Assembly (NCBI RefSeq): GCF_033153115.1
Contig: NW_026889778.1
Location: 39,804,001-39,868,000 of the forward strand
DNA length: 64,000 bases
Origin: Saccostrea echinata
Taxonomy: Eukaryota
Direction: 5' to 3'
Under the pieces are notes generated by a model. That model was given only the letters and a program-made list of their open reading frames with translations. It did not search any database and had not been told where the DNA came from. The position numbers were made by a program, and so were the translations under genes. Below, one piece after another: positions 13,144 through 24,700 of the stretch; the stretch's first letter is position 1, and each line of letters begins with the position of its first letter.

Positions 13144-14932
13144 ACTTTACTACAAAAATAACAATTACAGGAGTTGGGATACCTATCAATTAAACTAAAA
13201 TTACAAGTGTTATCATTATAGTATTTTTTATTTACCGAAAATTGTTATTATTATAGTATTTATATTTTTTTATTTATGGGATACGGAAAATTTTGGGGAA
13301 ATGATAGGTACCTGTCCTTTATGACATATTTTATTGCTTTCTTACAAAAGTCGTCATGTTACAAATTTTACTTCAGAAATAAAATATGTCAGATAGGACA
13401 TATGCCAACTCCTGTGGTTCAATAAATGATAGCTTACTCTATTAAACTCAATTCAATTCAAATCTGTTTTGCCTCTGAGTTGTACAACTCATCGGAATAT
13501 CACAAAATGTGACCGGGGGGGGGGGGGTGTAGTGAGGCTGCTTCCTTCCACTTTTTTTTTTAAACATAACCTTTAACTGTAACAATTGAAATGTTCATTG
13601 AAAGGTTGGTTCCCCCCCCCCCTTTTTTTTTTGCAGTATAGTCAAATCGTGATACTCGGGTTCTTTGTGAATAAAATTTGATTGTGAAAGAAGTTGAAAC
13701 CACCCCTCCCTTCCAACACACACACATTCAATATAGGATTTTTCGAGTTTGGACAATTTTCCTTTTTAAATTTGCTTGTCAAATTTTCTAAGGTAATTTG
13801 ACATTCCCCCCCCCCCCCCTTAAAAAACGATACTACGTGCCTGAAAATGAATTCTATTCTGTTGAAATATATTATATGACATATTATAACTGCTATAACT
13901 TTGAGGTAAAATTTTGCGAGCCCCCCAGTTCATTTCCGTAGTATCTCCTTGATTAACATAGTTAAGTTTAATGTCTGATATTTATGTAGGTCAGTTTTAA
14001 TGGTTAAAAACGATATATCACAATGACTGACTGCCTTATTTGAATGTAATAATATATTATACATCGAAATAACACTTCCTAAACAGAATTTACTCTGATT
14101 TGTGTGTGTGTGTGGGGGGGGGGGGGGGGTCATGCGTTTAATTTACGATCGATATTTCCCAGTTATACCATTGCTTAATAAACGATACATGTTGACGATC
14201 GCCTCGCAGTTGTAAAAATTTCCAATTAAAAGTTGTTTTGATGCTAATGTATACAGTTTTAATTTTAAATGTTTAGTTTATACCTCTAAGAATTACCTTC
14301 AATGTTGATAGATGATAACAATCTAAACTATCTCAAAGCATGGAAATTTGATGTTTGGAGCATTGTCGATTTGATCCGTAACATTTGCACAGAAATTATT
14401 TTACAAATTTACTCTAGATGAATCCTAAACTGTAGATATTTGCCCAAATCAAATCTTTTCTAGTATTATTCACGGCTGGTTACAAAACTGCTTTAACTTA
14501 TTCCCTACAATACTTTCTTTCTCAATAATTTTATCAGTGTTGCCGATCGCATCAGAGTTGTTAACAGGGGTGTTATAGAACATGTAGAATTAATGTTAAA
14601 TAAGATATTAAACATCTAACATGATTTTGTACAAAGATTACGGTCATCTATATAACTGTTTTACGGTCATCATCTTCTCGCTGGAATGTGTTTGTTACGG
14701 TCATCATACTGCAAAATTTCGGAGGCCTTTTATCATTTCATTTTCTTTTGTTTGGGTAAACAACAACTACTGATGTGGAGATAATACCGATGTTCGTTTA
14801 ACCATTATCTTAAATTATTCAGTTTTATTGAATAATGTTTATAATCGTCGTCGAAAATTTTCAACCGATCGTCTCAACCGACATGTTTTGATGACCGTAA
14901 ACTATATTACGGTCATCGGCTTTCCTACAGTG
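12292..14932. mobile_element. Non-autonomous DNA transposon, CAC...GTG termini, 55-bp perfect TIR, 5-bp TSD (Transib/CMC-like)
   Basis: The TIR CACTGTAGGAAAGCCGATGACCGTAATATAGTTTACGGTCATCAAAACATGTCGG is present at both ends and flanked by TAATT on both sides. The empty site GTACTAATTAGTAC is seen in copy 3 (20011-20024). Subterminal GATGACCGTAA repeats occur near both ends. Confidence 0.9.
13056..13416. mobile_element. Nested MITE, 16-bp TIR, 7-bp TSD (P-superfamily-like)
   Basis: GTTCAAT|CACAGGAGTTGGCATA ... TATGCCAACTCCTGTG|GTTCAAT. Contains a ~59-nt poly(A) and a second partial copy of the left end at ~13168. Confidence 0.8.
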
Positions 14933-16992
14933 TAATTAGTACAATTATTTTAGGGAAGACTTTTTATATAATTTAAAATAGTGATATGGCATAATGTTTC
15001 TGTTATTTCCCTTTGGTAATGATTATCAAATAAGAATGCGTTTCCTGTCCATATTATCTCAGAAATATAATCTCTTCCGGTTGGAAAAAAGAGGGGAAAC
15101 AACTCTGCTTAATCTCGATTTTTTAAGATTCATTAATTTTATTTATTTCCGCATGAAAAAAAAAAATCGACAAAATGATGAAATGCATCGGTCTGAAAAT
15201 TTACGGGGATTGAAATCGGAGGAACACCCACCCCGGAGCTTGCTGGATATTTCTTCACAAAATATATCTACATTACTTACATGTATTTAGCATGTATGTC
15301 AAATGAAAAAGCGGGAAAAACCTGGGGAAGGGGTGTTCCTGTCTACAAGTACCTGTGATTGAAAATAATGTAATGATAACATAGAGCTATTTTAAGATTT
15401 CAATTATAACTATTTTAATTTTCTACTATAATATTATTGCAGTATAAAATTTGATAAATAAATAGGATCTTAATTTGTTCTAAAATAGATTCGTTGCGAA
15501 CATGGAGTATCAAATCTCACGCAGTGATTCTCGTGAGATTTAACGGGACAGAAAATTTCAATCGTACCTGGCAGGACTACCAGAGAGGATTCGGTAATCC
15601 TGATTTTAACCACTGGCTGGGACTCGATAAGATTCACTACTTGACCAGGACAGGTAATAAAAGGGAGCCATGATTCAAAATCAACAAAGTCTTTATTATT
15701 AGTATTAAAGAAATAGCTTGATAAGGTTGTTAATTTCATTATTTGCATTTTTTTGGTAACACAGAACTGTTGACTTGTTTACTTCAAAGATGCATTATAG
15801 AAGGAATTAGAGATATGTATAATTATGTTTATGTGACGAATTTTAGGTTGTACATATTATCAACTACTTAATAGTTATTAATTAATGTTATTTATGATTA
15901 ATTCGATCAAGACAAGATGAAGTAACAATTGCTTAATTGAAACAGCTACTGTATACAGGGTTATTTTTCGCTTGTGTTTTTTCCCCTTTTACACGATTAT
16001 GCAACGTTCTAAATTCGCCCAGACAAAGTTTAATGAGAAAATACAGTCTCCTTAGTGTTTGTCCCGTCTTAAATTCGACCACTTGCAACGAGAGCGAAAG
16101 GAACGAAAATTAAAGTGAGCGAAAATTTCCCATAAAATACTTCCTCCCATATAATGCACAATTTAACCCACCTTTTAGGGGAAAACCTCTAATACTTGAC
16201 TTTCAAACTGTTAAAATACTTTTTTCAGGTTATAACATATTTCCTGTCTATTTATTTGATTGGTATGCCGTTTCCAAAGTCGTCCGTTATTTTCATTTCA
16301 ACGTATCCAGTTCACCAAACTTTCAACTCTCCATCAGGGACTATTTGGGCCAAGTTCCAGATGACCTCTTGTACAACAATGGAATGAACTTTGCTACGTA
16401 TGACAAGAACGACTACAATGATTGTGCAAAGAAGCTGAGAGCAGGATGGTGGTACAATGACTGCACGTACGCCCTACCGACAGGTGTTTACTATCCGGGA
16501 GGAGACTACAGTCCTAAAGGAGGGTTCCATGGTGGAATGTTTTGGAAGGACTGGAGGGGATATGGATATTCCCTCAAAGCCATTAGCATGTTTCTATCAA
16601 CTTCTGTGTAATTGACATTATGATAATGATATAAAATTGAAGATCTCACATTTACCCCAGTAAATTATGAGTCGGCTATGAATTTTACGATACTATAATT
16701 GGTGCCTCGACCAGGATATCTACATGACAATAATTTCCCTCATATCTTCAAGAAGACTGTTTTTGTTAATTTTTATGTTATTTTTTAAAAGAATTCATAC
16801 ATTTAAATAATAAAAAGCCTACGCGGGGAATGTATACATGTGTATTTTTTTTCCTGCAACAGTTGCATTGTTAATTCCCATACTAAAAAAACAAAGAAAG
16901 TTTTTTATTGTATTAATATATACGTGAATTCAAAATAAATCAATATTAATCTGAATAAAAACAACAAAATCATAGTATTACAGGAACGCATG

Positions 16993-17307
16993 CCAATCGC
17001 AACTTCTCGGGCCTTTCCGTCTAGCGGAAAAACAACCTCGAATGTATTACGTAGACGCCATTACAACCCCCTTTTCACAAACTTCGAAATAAATATGGGA
17101 AGACCTCTTATCTGTGGATTATAGAGTTTAACTTTATTGAATGTAAAGATGTTACCTGAAATATACTATAGAACATGTACATGTAGAAGGGGCTTTTAAC
17201 TCCGTCTATCCTATACTTAAATAAATAGGAAGTTGTATAAAATTTTAACATCCGGTGGTGTTTGTTTTTCCGACCTCTTACGGAAAGACCCGAGATGATG
17301 CGATTGG
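16993..17307. mobile_element. 315-bp MITE with ~45-bp imperfect TIRs and 8(-10)-bp TSD
   Basis: AACGCATG|CCAATCGCAACTTCTCGGGCCTTTCCGT ... ACGGAAAGACCCGAGATGATGCGATTGG|AACGCATG. The empty site GGAACACATGCTTC lies downstream of copy 3 (~21847-21860). Confidence 0.85.
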
Positions 17308-17997
17308 AACGCATGCTTCACATGCAGTACTGATAGGTATTGTTTCAATAAAATTAAATATAAGGTCAAAGTTAGTTTGAAACTTGGTTTTATCCTATTA
17401 TCCTAGAAATTGAAAGAATGTCATAGTCCAAGGTCACATGATGGCCTGAAGGTCTTGCACAATTTTAAATGCTTTAAAGTTTAAATATAATCCCTATCTG
17501 TAGGTCTAGAATTCAAAATATATGGCCAACAAGATTTTTAAACATTAAAAAAAACGTATGTCGAATTAACTATGTGTTTGGTGGCAAAATGGCTGTAATG
17601 TTTTCAAAAAATCTGAGGAGACATAAAACAGTCATATTAAGTCAAAGTTCAGATCAATGTCACAAAGTCAGTAAGCCTACTACGAAAAACTAAAGCCCGT
17701 CCATTAAAATTTACTTGGTTACTGTATGCAGTTCAAACTTGCAGTAGTACGTACATAAGTATGCCACTGAAACCAAGTGCCCCGATTGACTTTTCATATT
17801 CCCATCATAGACCCCTATTTTTTTTATTTTTTTTATTTTATTTTATTTTTTTTTTGCTTGATATATTTTATCAAAAACAACGCAAGCGAGTACTTTCCAT
17901 ATATTACATAAAAATCCCATCCATTTCATTTCATTAAATAATTAGTCATGCGAGCAAAGCATTTAAATCACGGATGAACTGTCCCGTTGTCAGTCAC

Positions 17998-18648
17998 AAA
18001 ACAAGATGTGTTTGTGAAAGACTGATGCCCCCGTATGGCAACTTATAGCGAAGGTTAAACTTTCTCAAATGCAAATCAATTATGTTGGTACCCAAAGTAA
18101 GGTCTTATCTCGAGGAATATACACGTATCTTTGAAATATGAAGCCCTAGCAGCATCCTTTAAATAGATATGGAAAAGGTTAAAGTTTTTCAAAAGTGTGT
18201 CAAACATCAAGGTCATGGTCAAAATTAATAGTACCCAAGGAAAGGCCTTCTCACAAGAAATACACATGTGAAATATGAAAGGCCTAGCATCAACCATTCA
18301 AAAGTTACGGCCAAGGCTAAACCTTTTCAAATTCCAAGGTCAAGGTCAAAAGGTAAAGGTTATTGGTATCTAAAGTAAGGTCTTGTCACAAGGATTATAT
18401 ATGTGAAGTTTACTATATGTGAAGGTTAATGTTGGGTGAAATTTTGCAAAACTTGGTCAAACTCCAAGATCAAAAGGTCAAATATGATGGTACATGTACC
18501 CAAAGACAGATCTTGTCACAAGGTATATACATGTGAAATATGAAAGCCATAGATCCAACCAATAAAAAATTGTGGACAAACAGACAGACAGACGAACAGG
18601 GCAAAATTTACACTATATGCCCCCGAATCTTCGATTACGGGGGCATAA
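17998..18648 (-). mobile_element. HINE/Helentron-type element upstream of FReD3
   Basis: AAACAAGATGTGTTTGTGAAA at one end; GACAGACAGACG tract and TATGCCCCCG..CGGGGGCATAA hairpin at the other; internal CAAGGTCA satellite units. Absent from the homologous site upstream of copy 2 (~10875). Confidence 0.8.
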
Positions 18649-19232
18649 TTACATTCATAATTTGTATTGTATACTACGGTTGTGTTTTGTTCAAGGAACT
18701 GTTCTTTCGTTAGATCTTTCAAAGTCATAATAGCAATACCCGCACTACTACCGGGAACCAGGGTGATAAAGACCAATAGATGTAAAGATGTTGATTTCTT
18801 TTTTTTTTTAGAAGCATTAAGAAGACTGTTACATATAACCTTTTACTTTTTTAAAGAATAAAATGTTAGCTTTTTTTCTAACCATATTGCTTGAAGTGCA
18901 CAATGGAACAGTCAGGATGAAAATATTTTACATGAAATATTTCCTGTTTAAAAGAAATCCAAACGCAACACAAAATTAACATGGTTTTGTCGAAGGTCCT
19001 TCTTCTGATTGGTTGATAAGTTTTTATATTAATTGACGGATTGCAAAAAATACCACCCCCAAACTAGTAGGAAAACTATATCTTCTAAAGATTCTCAACA
19101 CAGATCAATTGAGAAGATCTAATTTTCTGCTTGCAAGGTTTGTATCATTATGAAGTACATTAATATGATCAGTGATGCTGGTTAATGCACAATTATTTTT
19201 TTTAAATTTTATTATTTCAGTAACCTTGCAGC

Positions 19233-21340
19233 ATGCAGAGAAAGGTTTTGCTGTGTATCGTTCTTGTTCAATTTGGAACGTGGCTTTCTCTTGGCAATGC
19301 TGCAGCCGTGAAGTTCAAAGGTATAATATATACAAACACAGTTGAAATATGAAAGAAGTAATTTTTTAAAATAATTTTTTAAAAATTTAATTTTGTCTAA
19401 ATAAAATGTTAAAATTATTATCTGCTTTTTGGCTGTACGGATTTTGATAACTGAATTGTAGAAAGAGATACGAGGAATCATGATAATTATTTTTAAAAAT
19501 CCATATATCTATACAGGTACATGTATATACATGTAGTAGTAACTGTACAGTCAAGTCTCGGAAATAAGGACACCAATAATCCAAATTCTTCATCTTGCAT
19601 TCGTTTAATTGGAATACAATTTACCTTTCTATCTACCAATCATTAAAAGTGCTTTAAAATAACCCAGACGCCTCACTGATTTACCTGGACGATTTGCTCG
19701 GAAGCACCAGCGTCTGGATAAACGATCTCGACTGTATACTATAAGCCTTCGAATTCATTCGGAACTTTGCTATTGATGACAGTCAGTTGACAAAACGGAT
19801 ATCCCTGCATGATCTCAAAGCAGCTGTTCTTTTTTTTTTTTTTACGGATGTATTCGCAATCCAACATTTACATATGTATACAATGTTTAATTATTTTATT
19901 TCTTTTTTCGAATATTTTGTTTCGTACCAGATTGTGACCATGTACGTGCAGCGGGGTTTGTCAAAAACCAGACATACACCGTGTGGATGAATGATACAAC
20001 TTCCTTCAAGGTACTAATTAGTACAGTTTTTTTAGGGAAGACTTTTCTGTTAAAATATAGTAATAAGGCATAATGTTCTTCTGTTTCCCTTTGGTAATAG
20101 TTATTTAATTACGTTTCCTGTCCAAATTATCTAAAAAAAATATATAATATAGTATTTCCGGTAGAAAGAGAGAGAGAGAAGAAAACTTTCCCTACTCTTG
20201 ATTTCTTAAAAATTTATTTCCACATGAAAAAAAGGGAAAAATGAGGAAATGAAATCAGGATTGAAATTAGTGTAATGATAACACAGAGCTACATGTAATT
20301 TTAAGATTTCAACTTCAATTTTTTTGTACATGTGTTTTTATTATCATAATATAATTGTATTTAAAAATTGATAATTAGATCATTGTGAAAAATTACTCCT
20401 CAGATTCGTTGCGAACATGGAATATCAACCTCGAATGCAGTGATTATGATGAGATTAAACGGGACAGAAAATTTCAATCGTTCCTGGCGGGATTATCAGA
20501 GGGGGTTTGGCAATCCTAAATTTAACCACTGGCTGGGGCTCGATAAGATTCACTACTTAACCAGTAGAGGTAAAACGGAAGAATTATAAAAAAAAAATTA
20601 TAATTCATATTCAGCCTATATGTATTTTAATATCACTGATAAAAAGAAATATGTTAAAATGATTTTCAGTAAATATGCAATACACTGTAAGATAGAATTT
20701 TTACTGGTTTACTTTAAATATACAGTAGAAAGGGAATTAGACGAACCTAGATATGCCATGATCGGTTTTAAGTCATGCATGCCATTGACTTATTAAAGAA
20801 TGATACTACATATATACGTGATTTAAAACTCGTGATTGAACATTCAATCATGCCAGAGAAGCAGATATCTTATAATTTGTCCCAATACAATGTATAAGTA
20901 GGGTAAAAAACCCATCTCTTGGTTTTCAAACTTTAAAATACATTTTTTCAGGTTATAACATACTAACTGTAAACATGCTTGATTGGTATGCCGTTTTAAA
21001 GTCCGTCCGCTATTTTCATTTCAACGTATCCAGTGCACCAAACTTTCAACTCTCCATCAGGGACTATCTGGGTCAAGTTCCAGATGACCTTTTGTACAAC
21101 CATGGAATGAACTTCGCTACGTATGACAAGGGAGAATTCGACTACAATGATTGTGCACAGAAGCTGAGAGCGGGGTGGTGGTACAATGACTGCACGTACG
21201 CCCTACCAACAGGTGTTTACTATCCGGGAGGGGACTACTCGCCTAAAGGGGGGTTCTATGATGGAATGTTCTGGAAGGACTGGAGGGGATACGGATACTC
21301 ACTAAAAGTCATGAGGATGGTTCTTTCTACTTCCGTGTAA
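19233..21340 (+). CDS. Secreted FReD copy 3, intact, 240 aa
   Basis: Exons 19233-19320 (MQRKVLLCIVLVQFGTWLSLGNAAAVKFK), 19931-20010, 20404-20569, 20952-21340. GT-AG introns; 723 nt in frame. FReD motifs NFNRSWRDYQRGFG, HWLGLDKIHYLT, FATYD, AGWWYNDC, WKDWRGYGYSLK. Confidence 0.9.
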
Positions 21341-21989
21341 TTGAGATAATGATATAAAAATGAAGATCTCACATTTACCCACGCAGTAAATTATGAGTTG
21401 GTTATGAATTTAGCGTTACTATAATTGGTGCCTCGACCAGGATATCTACATGAACATTTTTCCATTATATCTTTAAGAAGACTGTTTTAGTTAGAATCTT
21501 TATATCTTTTAAAGAATTTGTACACTTAAAATAAATCAATGCATAAAAAAGTAAAAAGTTTAAAAAAAAAAAAACACTTTGTACATCAAGGTACCATTTA
21601 AAGATTCTCTTTGTATGGAATACTAAAACGTCCTGTACCTATACAGTATGAATAAAGTTTGCACTTTCCACTTGATCCATTTAGAATTTTGTCTATTGCT
21701 TTTTAATGCAGTACAAATGACTGTGGAAATGGTTGAATACTCCGAATTGATCGAAATATCTCACTTATAAAATTCTTCAAACAAACACGTGTATTCAAAA
21801 CAAATCAATAATCTGAATAAATACAACAAGAAACATTGTATTTCATGGAACACATGCTTCACATACAGTATTGATATGTATGGTAGAGTGCGAAGTATAT
21901 GGTCAGCATTTTACGTTTTGAACATTAAAAAATATATAAGTCAAAGTTACAAGGAGTGTTTGTTGGCTGTTATGTTTTTAAAAAATCTG

Positions 21990-23675
21990 AGAAGAAACAA
22001 AACACATATTAAAACTGAAAGAGAAAGCTAGAAAGTAGGTCAAAGTTCAGATCAATGTCACAAGGTCAGTAAGCCTATTACAAAAAACTAAAGCATGCCA
22101 CAAAGCCAAATGTTATTGAAATTATAGAACAAACTCGTTTTTTGAACACAGGTCAATGACCAAGCTCAAAACATCAAGGTCTATAAGACCAGGCCCCACT
22201 ATCATTAAGCAGTCTTGAACTTATTTAAGTCGCAATTGTTCAGTCATTCATAAAATGAATATTTGTTATAACCGACAAATGAAAATTACAGTAAATTTCA
22301 ATGTGAAAGGAAACAATTTTTTCATAATTCTATAGCTAAAGTCTGAAACAACTGCTTCATGCTCCCAGGGCCAGTGCTTTTACGACATGGTACATGTAAA
22401 AGCCCGACCTTGTGCAAATCTAAGACTTTAGAATTTTTTTTCTTTTTTTTTTCGGGAATAATTCAATGACAAGTTCAAGGCTTGTATATATAAGCCCAAT
22501 AATTCATGTAAGGTCTATAAACATGCTTAAATTACATGTACCCTAAAGTCCAGCCTTTAGTGGTTCAGGCCACAAGACCATTTGAGAATAGACTGAGGTC
22601 AAAGTTTAGATTTTGAATTCAAGAAACATGATTGAAAAGTTGAAGTCTGTAAACAGAAACAGTGAAAATTTGGCCTTATTTTCTTGATTATTTCAGAAGT
22701 TATGCAGATTCACTTAATTCTGTTATATGGTCTTGGGGCCAGAGGCCCATGGACAAAAATACTCTTTTTTGAAAGTATGTCAAAAGTTAATGTCGAAGAT
22801 AATATTTTAAAAGTTTATCATTCACTAACAATATACCTGCTAAATATCAAAGCCACGATACATTTTCTCATTTTATTCATATCATGGTGTCTGGGGGTAG
22901 AATATGGCCACAATGGGGGCATCAAAAGCTTAAATGTGAATATATGGTAAAAATAAAATTTTCTCAGGAACGCGGGATCATTTGTTCATACAGTCATGTA
23001 CATGTATCGTGGTTCCCAAGGCACTGGTGAGGCTACAATAGGGATAGAAATTTTACGTGATGAAAAAGGGAAAATATCCCCAAGAATCCTCTCAAGAACA
23101 AAGAAAAAATAAACATATATCAATTGATTTATTATAAAAAAAGCAAGCGCAGAAATAATGGCTTGAGACCAGTAAGGCTATACATTTGCAAGCATCTCAA
23201 GTAATCATTTAATGGAGATTCATATTTGTTCAAAGCATGACCAACGTGAAGCTAGAATTAGGATTTTAAAGATTGTATTAGAAAAGTTCAGGAGACACAT
23301 CAGGTATGCAAACATTCTCAATATGTATGTCTATTCAAGTGTGTTCAAATCATGAACTGGATGCTGGGGTTAGAAACTACATTATAAATCTAGAAGTATA
23401 AAGGAAACATTCTGACTTCTTCTACAGAACAATTAGGCCACAATAGTTAAATTGATATTCAGCATTACCATATAGACCCCCAGAACATTGACCCCTTCGG
23501 AGCAGGGTTAGGCCACGGCATGGGCTCAAATTTTGCATTACCACGATGCAAGTAATCAAGTTTCAAAAATGCAGGCTGTACCAGTCGGACATGCCAACAG
23601 AAAGACAGAGTCTGCAGCACAGACACCGAGGAAGTGATCCATAAGTGTCGCTCTGCTTTGGGAGTGACACAAAAA
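21990..23675 (-). mobile_element. Decayed HINE/Helentron-type remnants
   Basis: CAAGGTCA-type and GGGCCACAAT-type satellite units. The terminal AAGTGATCCATAAGTGTCGCTCTGCTTTGGGAGTGACACAAAAA hairpin is preceded by a GACA tract. Boundaries approximate. Confidence 0.5.
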
Positions 23676-24700
23676 TTAGAATTAAATCATATCCACATGT
23701 ATGGTTCTCTCTCTATCTTAAATCGAATTGGTTTTGCTTAGAACTGGATTTCACGAGTTTAACATACTTGTACTTTTCACGTTCACTTTTCGCGTTAACC
23801 ATATGGTTTGCTTAGAACTGGCTTTCACCAGCTGAACATCTAGTACTTTTCACTTTGAAATTCCATTTTGCAATTATATTTCCCGTTTTTAATTAAAAGA
23901 AGGATCATTTTCTTTTAGTGTCTGTATGCTTTGTATTACATTGTTGAACATGGAAACAGACTTTTGTTGCACAATAATAGGAAAGGGAAAAATGTTTCCT
24001 TCTTCGAGTTAGAATAATTTCATACCTTTTCAACACGATTTTATTTAGTTTAATTAGTCAATTGAAGAGAAATGTCACCTTACCTGAGTTCAACTCTTTT
24101 AGGAAGAAAAAAGCTTTTAAAATCTTGTTCTAAATAGGTTAAGGTTACATAGGCAGTTTTAATTGCTTTTAGCATTTCAATGGTGGCGGGAATTGAAAGG
24201 GGGGAGGGGGCTTCTGTCCTTTGATTAAAGCAGTGTATACATTACACTGAGTATAGAAAGGTTAAAAAAAATAAATGTCAGGTCTACATTGTTGAAAATG
24301 TAACATTTGTCCATCATGAGACTTTTGTGAATGGCTATCGGTATGTTAAGCCTTTTTTGTGAATACCGGTATTTTTGGCGTTTTTGGTACATTCATTTTT
24401 AACCTCATTCTCTCTCAAAAAGAGAAGAAAAACAAGGAAAAATAGCAACAAAAGTCATATGGCTTGACCTGAAGTCTTTTCTGTGATTGGTTAATTGGTC
24501 TCGATATCAATTTAATACCATGAACACCATCCTTGTATTCAAAGTGGAACAGGACATTACACTTAGCTGCTAACACAAAAAAAAAACAAAGGTTTTCTAA
24601 AAAGGTTTGAATTCCGTATATATTGTATTTAGCTCCCATTACAAGAAATTAGCAATTTAATGTGTTTTTCTTTATTTTAGCTGAAGCGGAAGTGGACATC

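Larger units (their letters stand above)
11419..16611 (+). pseudogene. FReD copy 2, frameshifted in exon 3 (pseudogene or assembly indel)
   Basis: Exons 11419-11506, 12203-12282, 15489-15653, 16229-16611. Exon 3 is 165 nt versus 166 in copy 3. The 1-nt loss near 15513-15520 gives IRCEHGVSNLTQ-stop. The other exons are open. Intron 2 carries a 2.64-kb transposon. Confidence 0.8.

Noticed and set aside
12292-14932. RAG1/RAG2-like or transposase coding capacity inside the CAC element
   Set aside because: No long ORF or recognisable transposase motif on either strand. The element is non-autonomous, and nothing here shows somatic rearrangement of the FReD genes.
15520-15530. In-frame TGA in FReD2 as selenocysteine or readthrough
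   Set aside because: It arises from a 1-nt frameshift. The homologous sequence continues in another frame, so readthrough would not restore the protein.
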